Shown here piece by piece: positions 27,770-40,454 of a stretch of DNA of 64,000 nucleotides. The stretch's first letter is position 1. Each line of letters starts with the position of its first letter. The notes beneath the pieces are model-generated. The model did not search any database and was not told where the DNA came from. It saw only the letters and a list, made by a program, of their open reading frames with translations. Source of the stretch: Lysobacterales bacterium (GTDB lineage Bacteria > Pseudomonadota > Gammaproteobacteria > Xanthomonadales > SZUA-5); NCBI GenBank assembly GCA_022844165.1, contig JALHMH010000005.1:64001-128000 (forward strand). The letters run 5' to 3'. The position numbers and the translations under genes are program-made.

Positions 27770-30355
27770 ATGGCTGATCTGGCCAAAGAAATCCTGCGCG
27801 TCAACATTGAAGATGAAATGCGGCAGTCGTATCTCGACTACGCCATGAGTGTAATCGTCGGTCGCGCGCTGCCCGATGTGCGCGATGGCTTGAAGCCAGT
27901 GCACCGTCGCGTGCTCTACGCCATGAAGGAACTCGGCAACGATTTCAACAAACCGTACAAGAAGTCGGCGCGTATCGTCGGCGATGTGATCGGCAAGTAT
28001 CACCCGCACGGCGACACCGCGGTATACGACACGATCGTGCGCATGGCGCAGCCATTTTCGCTGCGTTACATGTTAGTTGATGGCCAGGGCAACTTCGGGT
28101 CGGTCGATGGCGACGCCCCAGCGGCGATGCGTTACACCGAAATCCGCTTGTCTAAACTCGCGCACGAGTTAATGCGCGATCTCGACAAAGACACCGTCGA
28201 TTTTCAACCCAACTACGACGACAAAGAACTTGAGCCGTCGGTGTTGCCTACCGTTGTGCCGAACCTGCTGATCAACGGTTCGTCGGGCATCGCCGTCGGC
28301 ATGGCAACGAATATTCCGCCGCACAACCTGACGGAAGTGATCAACGCCTTGATCGCGCTGATACACGCGCCGGAGTTGAGCATCGAACAATTGATGGTGC
28401 ACATTGCCGGCCCGGATTTTCCAACGCACGGCATCATCAATGGTTCGATGGGCATCCGCGAGGCTTATCGCACCGGCCGCGGTCGCATCCTGGTGCGCGG
28501 CAAAGCGGATATCGAAGTCGAGGGAAATCGCGAAGCGATCATCATCACCGAACTTCCCTACCAGGTGAACAAAGCGCGATTGGTCGAGAAAATCGCGGAA
28601 CTGGTCAAAGCAAAAGAGCTCGATGGCATCGCGTCCGACGGTTTGCGCGATGAATCCGACAAGGACGGCATGCGCGTCGTCATCGAGGTGAAGCGCGGCG
28701 AAAATGCCGAAGTGCTGCTCAATAAACTGTACAAACAAACTCAGCTGGAAACGGTGTTCGGCATCAACATGGTGGCGCTCGTTGGCGGCCAGCCGCGCAC
28801 ACTGAATCTGAAGGAAATTCTCGAAGCCTTTTTGCGCCACCGGCGCGAAGTGGTCACACGGCGCACGATCTTTGAGTTACGCAAAGCGCGGGCACGCGCC
28901 CACGTACTGGAAGGCCTGACCGTCGCATTGGCGAACATCGATGAGATGATCGAGCTGATCAAGACCAGCAAAGACGGGAGCGAGGCGCGCGAGCGCATGC
29001 TGGCCAAACGCTGGGAACCGGGCCTGGTGCGAGCGCTGCTTGCGGCCGCCGGTGCCGATCGTTCGCGGCCAGAAGATCTAGGGCCCAATGAGGGCCTTGC
29101 GGAGGATGGTTATCAGCTCTCGGAGATCCAGGCCAAAGAAATTCTGGAGATGCGTTTGCAGCGCCTCACTGGCTTGGAGCAGGAAAAACTCACAGACGAG
29201 TACAAGCTGATCCTCGATGCGATCCGCGAGTTGTTCCGTGTGCTCGAAGAGCCCGGTCGGCTGATGGAAATCATCGAAGGGGAGCTGGTCTCGATACGCG
29301 AGGAGTTCGGCGATCAACGGCGCACGAAGATCGAGCATTCGCAATCCGATCTCGACATCCTCGATCTGATTCCGCCGGAAGACGTCGTGGTCACCTTGAG
29401 TCATGCGGGTTATATCAAGCGCCAACCACTGACCGTTTATCGTGCGCAGCGCCGTGGCGGCAAAGGCAAGAGCGCCACCGCACTGAAAGACGAAGATTTT
29501 ATCGAGCGCTTGTGGATCGCCAACACGCACGACACGCTGCTCGCATTCACCGGCCTCGGCCGGGTCTTCAAGCTCAAGGTTTATCAAGTGCCGGAGGCCA
29601 GCGCCGGTTCGCGCGGACGGCCGATTGTCAACATGCTGCCGCTCGATCCAGGCGAGAAAATTCAAGCGGTGTTGCCGGTCCATCAATTTGTCGACGACAA
29701 GTTTGTGTTCTTCTCCACCCGGCAAGGCGTGGTCAAAAAAACGCCGCTCAGCGATTTCGTCAACGTCCGTACCAATGGCATTCGCGCCGTGGAACTCGAC
29801 GAAGGCGATGGCCTGGTGAACGTGGCTCTGACCGATGGCACACGCGACATCATGCTCTTCGGCAGCCACGGCAAAGCGGTGCGTTTTGCCGAAGATGAAG
29901 TGCGACCCATGGGCCGAACAGCACGCGGTGTGATTGGCATGCGCTTCGCCGACGGCGTGCCCGACGGACGCGTGGTTGCGATGCTGATGGTCGACGGCGA
30001 CGGCGATCTGTTAATCGCCACCGAACGTGGGTTCGGAAAACGCACGGCGATCGGCGAGTTCCCGCAGAAGGGTCGAGGCACACAAGGTGTTATTGCGATC
30101 CAAACCAGCGACCGCAACGGCGCCTTGGTCGGCGCGATCCAACTCACCGAAGCACACGATGTGATGTTGATTTCCGATCAGGGAACGTTGGTACGCACGC
30201 GCGCCGGCGAGATTTCGCAGGTCGGTCGCAACACCCAGGGCGTCACACTGATTCGATTGCCCGATGACGAAAAACTGGTCGGCGTAGAGCGGCTGGACGC
30301 GCTGGGCGACGACGAAGGCGAGAAAACCGAGGGCGAATCGGAAGCGCCAAACTGA
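27770..30355 (+). CDS. gyrA: DNA gyrase subunit A
   Basis: [43 protein letters not shown], GyrA-box QRRGGKG, C-terminal pinwheel repeats. Confidence 0.99.
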   Translation: MADLAKEILRVNIEDEMRQSYLDYAMSVIVGRALPDVRDGLKPVHRRVLYAMKELGNDFNKPYKKSARIVGDVIGKYHPHGDTAVYDTIVRMAQPFSLRYMLVDGQGNFGSVDGDAPAAMRYTEIRLSKLAHELMRDLDKDTVDFQPNYDDKELEPSVLPTVVPNLLINGSSGIAVGMATNIPPHNLTEVINALIALIHAPELSIEQLMVHIAGPDFPTHGIINGSMGIREAYRTGRGRILVRGKADIEVEGNREAIIITELPYQVNKARLVEKIAELVKAKELDGIASDGLRDESDKDGMRVVIEVKRGENAEVLLNKLYKQTQLETVFGINMVALVGGQPRTLNLKEILEAFLRHRREVVTRRTIFELRKARARAHVLEGLTVALANIDEMIELIKTSKDGSEARERMLAKRWEPGLVRALLAAAGADRSRPEDLGPNEGLAEDGYQLSEIQAKEILEMRLQRLTGLEQEKLTDEYKLILDAIRELFRVLEEPGRLMEIIEGELVSIREEFGDQRRTKIEHSQSDLDILDLIPPEDVVVTLSHAGYIKRQPLTVYRAQRRGGKGKSATALKDEDFIERLWIANTHDTLLAFTGLGRVFKLKVYQVPEASAGSRGRPIVNMLPLDPGEKIQAVLPVHQFVDDKFVFFSTRQGVVKKTPLSDFVNVRTNGIRAVELDEGDGLVNVALTDGTRDIMLFGSHGKAVRFAEDEVRPMGRTARGVIGMRFADGVPDGRVVAMLMVDGDGDLLIATERGFGKRTAIGEFPQKGRGTQGVIAIQTSDRNGALVGAIQLTEAHDVMLISDQGTLVRTRAGEISQVGRNTQGVTLIRLPDDEKLVGVERLDALGDDEGEKTEGESEAPN

Positions 30356-30440
30356 TCCCGTGCGCCGCTCAATTGCGGCGATGGGCAATCAAAGTACCCG
30401 GCGGATCGCGAGTTTATCGATCGAGTCAGTCTTCTCCAAA

Positions 30441-30470
30441 GCGGCTTTGGCTGTTACGGCCAAAGCCCGC
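30441..30470. terminator. GC-rich hairpin downstream of gyrA
   Basis: GGCTTTGGCTG-tta-CGGCCAAAGCC (one G:U pair); no strong U-tract. Confidence 0.35.
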
Positions 30471-30678
30471 ATTACGTGAAGAAGCTGGACGTACACGCTT
30501 TGAGCAGCGACCACAGAATCCGGCCACCGCTCCAATTGGCGTGGCTAGCCTGTCATTGGGCGCATCAACGCTTCCCGGCGAGACCGATTTCAACGCAGAG
30601 TTGTTCAACCGTGGGCGGCGCCATGTCGATCCAGGCACCGAACTGCGTGTTGATTCGAACTCCACAAGGCCACGACCG

Positions 30679-31299
30679 ATGCGCACTCTTGCCGCGATAG
30701 CTCTTTTTCTTTTTGCCCAGTTTTTGCCCGCTTCGGACTTCATAGAAGGGCGCCACTACCAACGCATCGATCCGGTGCAGCCGACGCAATCGGGCGACAA
30801 GATCGAGGTTGTCGAGGTATTCCTCTACACCTGCCCAAGCTGCAACCGCCTCGCGCCCCTGATCGCCGATTGGAAGGCCAAAAAATCCGACGATGTGGTG
30901 TTTAGCGCAGTACCGGCCGGTTGGGATGGCGGTGCTGAGGCATTCGCGCGAACGCACTATTCAGCCGAAGTCCTGGGCGCCATCGACAAAACGCATCAGC
31001 CGCTATTCGATGCCATTCACCGCGAGGGCATTCAGTTTGGATCGGTTGAAGAACTCGTCGCGTGGTACGCGCAGTTCGGCATCACAAATGAGACGATGCA
31101 AAAGACAATGAATAGTTTCGCCGTCGACAACCGAGTTGCGAGTGCACAGTCGCGCATTCTCCGTTGGGGCGTGGGCGGCGTCCCAACAATCATCGTCAAC
31201 GGAAAATATCGTTTCGACCCAACCGAAGCCGGCAGTCATCAAAAGACCATCGAACTGATCGACTTTCTGGTGCAAAAAGAGCGCGAAGCCAAGAACTGA
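30679..31299 (+). CDS. dsbA: Thiol:disulfide interchange protein DsbA family
   Basis: Signal peptide; EG.HY, EVF.YTCPSC (CxxC), GVPT cis-Pro loop, VNGKY. Confidence 0.88.
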   Translation: MRTLAAIALFLFAQFLPASDFIEGRHYQRIDPVQPTQSGDKIEVVEVFLYTCPSCNRLAPLIADWKAKKSDDVVFSAVPAGWDGGAEAFARTHYSAEVLGAIDKTHQPLFDAIHREGIQFGSVEELVAWYAQFGITNETMQKTMNSFAVDNRVASAQSRILRWGVGGVPTIIVNGKYRFDPTEAGSHQKTIELIDFLVQKEREAKN

Positions 31300-31431
31300 T
31301 TGCGCATCAATCGGCGGTTCTTGAGCGAACGCCGATCTTCCAAAACGCGTTTGGTGGCCAGTACCCAAGCGCGCCACTCATTCGGCACCGCAGAGCGGCG
31401 CGCTCTGGAATGCCCATTGCAAACTGACCGA

Positions 31432-32430
31432 CTACGCTGCCAGCGCAATTTTTGGCGAAGCCAACCACGCAGCGCCGAGATCGTACTGTTCCGACGCACT
31501 CTCGACGACGACGACCCGGCGCCGGAAGGACTCGCCATCTGGACGTGTTTTTGCATACCAGCCCAGGTGTTTGCGTGCCACACGCACACCCGTGTGTTCG
31601 CCATAAAAGGCGTACAGCGCTTGCAGATGATCGAGCATGGTTTGCGCGATCTCGGCGTCCGTCGGCGGCGCGAGAAGTCGGCCATGGCGCAAGAAATGCC
31701 CGGCCTCACGAAAGATCCAGGGATAACCTTGCGCTGCGCGGCCGATCAGCACGCCATCGCAGCCAGTATGTCGCAATACGTGCTGCGCCTTCTCTGGCGT
31801 ATCGATATCGCCGTTCGCAAATACCGGAATGTCGAGTTGCGACTTGATGATCGCGATCGTGTCGTACTCTGCCTGGCCCAGGTATTGGTCCTCGCGCGTG
31901 CGCCCGTGTACAGCCAGCGCCGCAATGCCAGCGTCCCGCGCGATACGCGCAATCTCCAGACCGTTGCGTACGGCGCGACACCATCCAGTGCGGATTTTCA
32001 GAGTGACCGGTGCCGGAGAGGCCGCCTGGACGACAGCCCGGCAGATGCGCTCGACTAACTGCGGCTCTTTCATCAAAGCCGATCCAGCATCGACCTTGCA
32101 AACTTTTTTGGCGGGACAGCCCATATTGATATCGATGATCTGGGCACCGTGCGCCAGATTGTGGCGTGCGGCGGCAGCGAGTACCTGCGGATCGTAACCA
32201 GCGATCTGTACGCTAATGGGCTCGGGCTCGCCCAAATGGTCCATGCGCCAGCGGCTCTTTTTGCTATCCCACAAGCGTTCGTCGCTGGTGGTCATTTCCG
32301 ACACCGCGAGCCCGGCGCCCAGTCGTTTGCACAGCAGCCGAAACGGCTTGTCCGTCACCCCAGCCATCGGCGCCAGAATCAGTGCCGGGTCAATTCGATA
32401 GGGGCCTATGAAAGCAACAGGAACGCTCAT
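31432..32430 (-). CDS. dusB: tRNA-dihydrouridine synthase B
   Basis: APMAGVTD.PFR, DINMGCPAKKV, KIRTGW, HGRTR, NGDI, GRAAQG.PWIF, RKH..WY. Confidence 0.93.
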   Translation of the reverse strand: MSVPVAFIGPYRIDPALILAPMAGVTDKPFRLLCKRLGAGLAVSEMTTSDERLWDSKKSRWRMDHLGEPEPISVQIAGYDPQVLAAAARHNLAHGAQIIDINMGCPAKKVCKVDAGSALMKEPQLVERICRAVVQAASPAPVTLKIRTGWCRAVRNGLEIARIARDAGIAALAVHGRTREDQYLGQAEYDTIAIIKSQLDIPVFANGDIDTPEKAQHVLRHTGCDGVLIGRAAQGYPWIFREAGHFLRHGRLLAPPTDAEIAQTMLDHLQALYAFYGEHTGVRVARKHLGWYAKTRPDGESFRRRVVVVESASEQYDLGAAWLASPKIALAA

Positions 32431-33149
32431 ATGGCGATGCGCTCGCAGCGACCACGTGCGTACAACTCGCCAGTGGACCCCGACCATCGCAGCCACGAAG
32501 CATGAGCGTCCCAATCGGGCAGTACGATGCGTTGTGCAGCGCCATAGCGGTGAACCATCGGTCGGTGGGTGTGACCGTGAATCAGCAACGGCACTGCATG
32601 CCGGGCGAGAGCTTCATGAATCGCGATCGGGTGTGCGTCCATGATCTCTGCTGCGCTCATGGAGGTATGGCGCTGACTTTGTGCGCGCGCGTGTTCTGCA
32701 AATGCACGGCGCTTGACCAAGGGTTCGCTCAGAAACTGAGTCTGCCAAGGTGCGGATCGCGACTGGACGCGAAACTGCTGGTAAGCAAGATCGTCCGTGC
32801 ACAGTGAATCGCCATGCATCAACAATGCCCGAGTGTTGCCGAGTGCGATAACGGTCTCATCGCAAAGCAGTTGCACCCGGGCACGATTGGCAAATGCTGC
32901 GCCGATCAAGAAATCGCGATTGCCGTGCGCCAAAAAAACCTGTTGCCTTTTTAGCCTGGATAGAGCGACTGCAACTCGCGCCAGTAGCGGATCGTCGTCG
33001 TCATCGCCGATGTACGCCTCGAAGAGATCGCCTAACACATACAGCGCCTCGCCTTCGGCGGCGACGCGCTCGAGAAACGCAAAAAAGCGCTCGACATTCG
33101 GATCGTCGAGCGCTTTGAGATGCAGATCCGAGGCGAAATAAACCGCCAT
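32427..33149 (-). CDS. lpxH: UDP-2,3-diacylglucosamine diphosphatase
   Basis: SDLHL, GDLFEAYIGDD, HGNRDFL, HGD..CTDD..YQ.FR, HGHTHRP, DW. Confidence 0.95.
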   Translation of the reverse strand: MAVYFASDLHLKALDDPNVERFFAFLERVAAEGEALYVLGDLFEAYIGDDDDDPLLARVAVALSRLKRQQVFLAHGNRDFLIGAAFANRARVQLLCDETVIALGNTRALLMHGDSLCTDDLAYQQFRVQSRSAPWQTQFLSEPLVKRRAFAEHARAQSQRHTSMSAAEIMDAHPIAIHEALARHAVPLLIHGHTHRPMVHRYGAAQRIVLPDWDAHASWLRWSGSTGELYARGRCERIAI

Positions 33150-33742
33150 CAGCCAGCCGGTTTGGTTTCCGCTTCGACCACCGTTGCCGACTCGACCACG
33201 ACATAGGGGCGCGGCAAATTCTGGAACTCGGCCGAAAACGCGCTGGTTTGCATTGCCTTGATCTTATCGACCACTTCCATGCCGGACACCACTTTGCCGA
33301 AAACCGCGTAACCCCAGGTGCGACCATCGGCCTTGCTGGTGTGATCGAGCGCTGCGTTATCGGCGACGTTGATGAAAAACTGCGAAGTCGCCGAATGCGG
33401 GTCGTTGGTGCGCGCCATCGCAACAGTGCCGCGCAAATTGCTCAGGCCGTTGTCGGCCTCGTTCAAGACCGGCGCGCGCAATCCACCTTTGCTGGTAAGC
33501 TCGCTCGTGTAACCACCTCCTTGAATCATGAAGCCATCGATGACACGGTGGAAAATGGTGCCGTTGTAATGCCCGGATTTCACGTACTCGACGAAATTGG
33601 CCACCGACTTCGGCGCGCGTGCTGCATCGAGTTCCAGCGTAATCTCGCCCTGATTGGTCTTGAACAGCACACGCGGCTTATCAGAAGGTTGTGCAAATGC
33701 GCTTCCAGCCAGTAACAGCAGCGCGATCGAAAGGTACTTCAT
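33149..33742 (-). CDS. ppiA: Periplasmic cyclophilin-type peptidyl-prolyl isomerase
   Basis: Signal peptide; FHRVIDGFMIQGGG, AMART..PHSATSQFFIN, YAVFGKV. Confidence 0.9.
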   Translation of the reverse strand: MKYLSIALLLLAGSAFAQPSDKPRVLFKTNQGEITLELDAARAPKSVANFVEYVKSGHYNGTIFHRVIDGFMIQGGGYTSELTSKGGLRAPVLNEADNGLSNLRGTVAMARTNDPHSATSQFFINVADNAALDHTSKADGRTWGYAVFGKVVSGMEVVDKIKAMQTSAFSAEFQNLPRPYVVVESATVVEAETKPAG

Positions 33743-33967
33743 GGACCTGACTCCTGAGTGATCGTAGTGCCCAGTTTAGCATTGGCCGCCGCGCGCTTTT
33801 ACACAGCGTCGGTTGCCTGCAGAGGTTAGACTTCACCTCACTCTGCGAACGTTCATTGCCGAGCGAACTTTCGCGCATCGATACGCCACTCCACCTGGCC
33901 AAAGCCGCTCCAAAAAAGTCAACTCATTGCCGAGCTCCTGATCCGTCAACATCTCTAAGGAATCCGA

Positions 33968-34960
<993 letters not shown>

Positions 34961-35296
34961 TCGATGCTCTGCCGGCACCTGCTGATCTGTGGGTCGCGCT
35001 AACGCTGTTTTCTGTTCCTCGCCGCGCCGCCGGTCCGAGGCGGAAAGTCGCTGAGGCTTGATGCAAGCTGCGGCAGTCAGAGCCATTCCACGCGAAGGCA
35101 CGGAGTCGCGAAGAACTCCAAGATGCTGCATCTTGACCTGACTTCTTCGTCTCTCCGCGTCACCGTGACTGAGCTTGCCCACCGCGTGCTGCCGTCCCAT
35201 TCGTCTCGACGCGCCCGCCGAAGACTCGGTGATAATTCCCACCGCACACAGCACCTGTGGCATCGTCGCGCATGCACATGTTCGGAACCTTGAAAA

Positions 35297-35767
35297 ATGC
35301 ACATCATTGAAGGCGACTTTTCGCCGCCACCCGGCCGCATCGCATTGATCGCCTCGCGTTTCAATGAGCTCGTTGTCGAGCGCCTCATCGCTGGCGCACG
35401 CGATGCCCTACTTCGTCATGGCGTCAAAGAAGACCAAATCTCGCTGGTCCGGGTGCCGGGCGCTTTCGAACTGCCGCTGATCGCGAACGAGATTGCCGCC
35501 TCGCAATCTTATGCCGGCATCGTCGCGCTCGGCGCCGTTATTCGCGGCGATACGGCGCATTTTGATTATGTTGCTGGCGGCGCAGCCAACGGGCTGATGC
35601 AGGCGAGCGTGGCGCATCGTGTGCCGATCGGTTTTGGCGTCCTGACTGTCGATTCGCTCGAGCAAGCACTCGATCGGGCCGGCGGCAAGGCCGGAAACAA
35701 GGGTACCGACGCAGCATTAACTGTGATCGAACAAATCCACCTGTTGCGACGCCTGAGGGCCGGCTGA
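35297..35767 (+). CDS. ribH: 6,7-dimethyl-8-ribityllumazine synthase
   Basis: SRFN, VPGAFELP, GAVIRG.T.HFDYV, FGVLT, AG.KAGNKG. Confidence 0.97.
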   Translation: MHIIEGDFSPPPGRIALIASRFNELVVERLIAGARDALLRHGVKEDQISLVRVPGAFELPLIANEIAASQSYAGIVALGAVIRGDTAHFDYVAGGAANGLMQASVAHRVPIGFGVLTVDSLEQALDRAGGKAGNKGTDAALTVIEQIHLLRRLRAG

Positions 35768-36201
35768 TGAAACAACCCCACAAGCCGTTCCCAGAGCGTG
35801 CCCGCGCCAGGCGTCGCGCACTCCAGGCGCTGTACCAATGGCAGATCGGTGGTGGCTCTATGCGCCGCATCATCGATCAGTTCAATGAAGAGCAGGATAT
35901 GGCGATCGCCGACGGCGACTATTTTGCCGATCTCCTGCTCGGCGTCGAGCAACACTTCGACGCGATCAACGCCGCGCTGACCCCGCTGATCGATCGTCCG
36001 CTGGAGTTGGTCGACGCGATCGAACGCGCGTGTTTGCGCCTCGGGGCATACGAGCTGATGCACCGTGTCGACATTCCGTTCAAAGTCGTGATCAACGAAT
36101 CCGTAGAGCTGGCCAAGGACTTTGGTGCTGAAGGTGGGCATACGTACGTCAACGGCGTGCTGGACAAGCTCGCGCGAAGTGCGCGGCAGACCGAACGTTG
36201 A
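35767..36201 (+). CDS. nusB: Transcription antitermination factor NusB
   Basis: RARARRRALQALYQW, LR.G.YEL, VVINE.VELAK.FG, YVNGVLDK. Confidence 0.97.
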   Translation: MKQPHKPFPERARARRRALQALYQWQIGGGSMRRIIDQFNEEQDMAIADGDYFADLLLGVEQHFDAINAALTPLIDRPLELVDAIERACLRLGAYELMHRVDIPFKVVINESVELAKDFGAEGGHTYVNGVLDKLARSARQTER

Positions 36202-37165
36202 TTGGCGAATTCGAGCTCATCGAACGTATCGCGGCGCTGCAAGGCGCTGATAGCGGAGTGCGCATTGGGATCGGCGACGACGCCGCGGTGTTGGCGATAT
36301 CGCCGGGCCACGAATTGGCGGTGACGACCGATACGCTGGTTGCGGGTGTGCACTTCCCGCTGGACGCCAAGCCGGCCGATATTGGCTTCAAAGCTGTGGC
36401 AGTCAACTTGAGTGATCTTGCTGCAATGGGCGCCACGCCACGTTATGCGACACTGGCACTCACACTGCCGAGTATCGAAATGGGCTTCGTCGAACCGCTG
36501 CTGGGCGGTATCGGCGAAGCACTGAAGCGTGATGGCACAACGCTGGTCGGCGGCGATACGACCCGCGGTCCATTCAGTATCACGATCACAGCCATCGGCG
36601 AGCTCCCGCATGGCGCCGCGCTGACGCGCGGTGGCGCCAACGCAGGCGACAACGTGTTTGTCTCCGGCACCCTGGGCGATGCCGCGGCGGCACTCGCGAT
36701 GCGAGGCCATTGGCCGATCCTGGATGAGGCCGGTAAACTCGCCAGGTCTCGCCTTGAGCAACGACTGGCGAAGCCGCATCCGCGCGTATCACTCGGCGTC
36801 GCATTGCGCGGTGTCGCCAGCGCCTGCATTGATGTGTCCGACGGTTTAGCCCAGGACCTGGGCCACATCGCGCGCTTGAGCAACGTGGCGATTGTTGTCG
36901 ATGTCAGCCTGCTGCCGCTGTCGCGCGCACTGCAAACGGTCGTTCCCGACCCGGAACAACAGTGGCCGTTTGCTTTCGGTGGAGATGATTACGAGCTGGC
37001 ATTCTGCGCGCCACCCGAGCGTACAATACAAATAGAATGCCTGGCCGCTGAGCTGAAACTACCGCTGACGTGCATCGGCACGGTTGGACCAGGTCGCGAT
37101 GTGCATTTGCTCGACCGCAAAGGGCGCGTGCGCGAAGTCCCGCGCGGGTATGAGCACTTCCGCGC

Positions 37166-37169
<4 letters not shown>
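36198..37169 (+). CDS. thiL: Thiamine-monophosphate kinase
   Basis: EFELI, GIGDDAA, D.LV.GVHF, NLSDLAAMGA.P, GGDTT, DVSDGL, GDDYEL, GYEHF. Confidence 0.95.
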
Positions 37170-38699
<1,530 letters not shown>

Positions 38700-38722
38700 G
38701 AGTTCGAAAGTCGTTGCCGCAA

Positions 38723-38755
38723 ACAACAAACCGCGCTTCGAGCGCGGTTTGTTGT
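38723..38755. terminator. Bidirectional intrinsic terminator between trxB and the DUF1501 gene
   Basis: ACAACAAACCGCGCT-tcg-AGCGCGGTTTGTTGT, a 15-bp perfect inverted repeat with T-rich tails on both strands. Confidence 0.8.
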
Positions 38756-38816
38756 GAACAACGGCATTGCTAACCTGGCTGCATTCCGTGGACCCGAGAA
38801 AGTCCTTGGGCCATGC

Positions 38817-40442
38817 CTACATGAAACCGAGATTCGACGTGGGGAAGTTGTCGACGTTCGGGAAAATGGTGTTGATCTGCGTTGGCGTTAAACCCATCCA
38901 GGTGCCCAAAGTCGATGCCATTTGGTCCATTGCCGTCGTGGGAATCATCTGGCCGCGGCTGAAGCTGTCGGCGCCGTTCAACGTCATATCCGGCCAGGTG
39001 CCATACAGGCGACCAGCCGTCGCGCTACCGCCGTTAACCGCGCCGCCCATGACCAACTGGATGCCGCCCCAACCGTGATCGGACCCATCGCCATTGCTGT
39101 TCAACGTACGAGCAAATTCGCTCATCGTGAATGTGGTCACGCTGTTCTCGACCCCCATTTCCACGAGGGCGTTATAGAACGAACCCAGTGCGCGCGAAAT
39201 TCTGCGGAACAGGCGCGGCTGACCGGTATCTGGCATCTGCGCGGCGTGGGTATCGAAGCCGCCTAAGGACACAAAGAATATATTGCGTCGCTGACCCAAC
39301 TGGGTGCGCATATTGATCAGGCGCGCCACCATGGCCAACTGCTCCGCCAGCGAGTTGCCGCCGTCGGCCGCGAGGTTGTAACCCGTGACCGCCTGATTGT
39401 CGGCTAACGCACGGAACGGCGTGTTCAACAGCGATGGGTTGTTGGTCACGCCTGCGAGCAGCGTCGATAGGTTTCCTGCCAAACCCATAGAGCGCGCCAT
39501 GACCAGCGCGTGCTCGTTCTGCATCAGGTTCGTGGTGCTGTTGTCCAGCAAATCGCAATGCGCAATTTCACGTGCATTCAAACCTGCTGTGCCGCACGCC
39601 CGAAAATTCGATAGCGCGCTCGCGCCGGAACAATTGGCGAAGTTGGCGCCAACAATTTCGTTCACGACGGCCGTGCCGTTGTTCGGATTGCCGCAACTCG
39701 ACATCTGGTAAGGCACCACGACGTCGCCAATCTGAAAGCGATTGGAACCGGCGAAGGAGATGTTCATCGGCAACGTTGTTGTAGGACTGCTGCCCGGGAT
39801 CGGCAAGTTCTGCGAGAACAACAAGTCCGCGATCTGACCGCCCCAACCATATCGGTAATTCGGTGTTTCACGGCCTTGGAACCAGAAATTGGTCTGGTCG
39901 TTATGCGAGTAGAGCTGCGGCGGTTTAGGCAACAAAGGATTGCTGAATGTTGCCTTGCTCAGTGGAACCACGAGGCTGCCCACATTGGCAAGCCACGCCA
40001 CCTTTCCCTGGTTTGTCAGGGTTGCCAGTCCTGGCATGGCGGTCTGCCCGTTATTAACATTCACCGAGGTCCAGTCGGCGCACGCCGGATGCAGTCCATA
40101 GGTCTGGCCGCCCGGCAATGCCACGCCTCCCGGCCCCGTCAGGTTGATCGGTATCAGCGATGCCTGATCGATGGCCAATCCGCCCGTTCCTGTGCCGCGC
40201 GATGCCTGGTAAACGGCAAAGCGCGTGTTGTCGCGGGGAATCAGCCAGTTAAAGGCATCGTTGCCGCCGCCCAGAAACACACAGACCAGGGCCCGATAGT
40301 TGGCATCTCCTTCGGGAGATTGGGCCATGGCCGACTGCATCAGGCGCAATTGCGGAATCATCGACATCGCCGAACCACAGGCAGTCAGAGTTGCGAACTT
40401 CTTCAGGAATTCGCGGCGAGCTTCGCGTTGTTGACGTGACAT
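38817..40442 (-). CDS. DUF1501-family Tat-exported protein
   Basis: Twin-arginine RREFLK signal; YRALVCVFL.GGND, GLHP, LYSH.DQ, GGFDTH, SEFARTL..NG.GSDHGWG. Confidence 0.88.
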   Translation of the reverse strand: MSRQQREARREFLKKFATLTACGSAMSMIPQLRLMQSAMAQSPEGDANYRALVCVFLGGGNDAFNWLIPRDNTRFAVYQASRGTGTGGLAIDQASLIPINLTGPGGVALPGGQTYGLHPACADWTSVNVNNGQTAMPGLATLTNQGKVAWLANVGSLVVPLSKATFSNPLLPKPPQLYSHNDQTNFWFQGRETPNYRYGWGGQIADLLFSQNLPIPGSSPTTTLPMNISFAGSNRFQIGDVVVPYQMSSCGNPNNGTAVVNEIVGANFANCSGASALSNFRACGTAGLNAREIAHCDLLDNSTTNLMQNEHALVMARSMGLAGNLSTLLAGVTNNPSLLNTPFRALADNQAVTGYNLAADGGNSLAEQLAMVARLINMRTQLGQRRNIFFVSLGGFDTHAAQMPDTGQPRLFRRISRALGSFYNALVEMGVENSVTTFTMSEFARTLNSNGDGSDHGWGGIQLVMGGAVNGGSATAGRLYGTWPDMTLNGADSFSRGQMIPTTAMDQMASTLGTWMGLTPTQINTIFPNVDNFPTSNLGFM

Positions 40443-40454
40443 GGCTGTAGCTCC

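Noticed and set aside
27995-28040. GyrA QRDR reads HGDTAVYD (Thr at the Ser83-equivalent position)
   Set aside because: Thr is the wild-type residue in many gammaproteobacteria such as Pseudomonas; not evidence of resistance
31300-31431. Several short imperfect hairpins between dsbA and dusB
   Set aside because: Stems are short and compatible with chance at this GC content; at most a terminator region
35228-35245. GGTGATAATTCCCACCGC upstream of ribH resembles part of the FMN riboswitch (GGTGAAATTCCCCACCGGCGG)
   Set aside because: The flanking conserved blocks (AGGGCGG, CCGAC/ACAGT, GGATG) are missing; it is better explained as a GATAAT -10-like box
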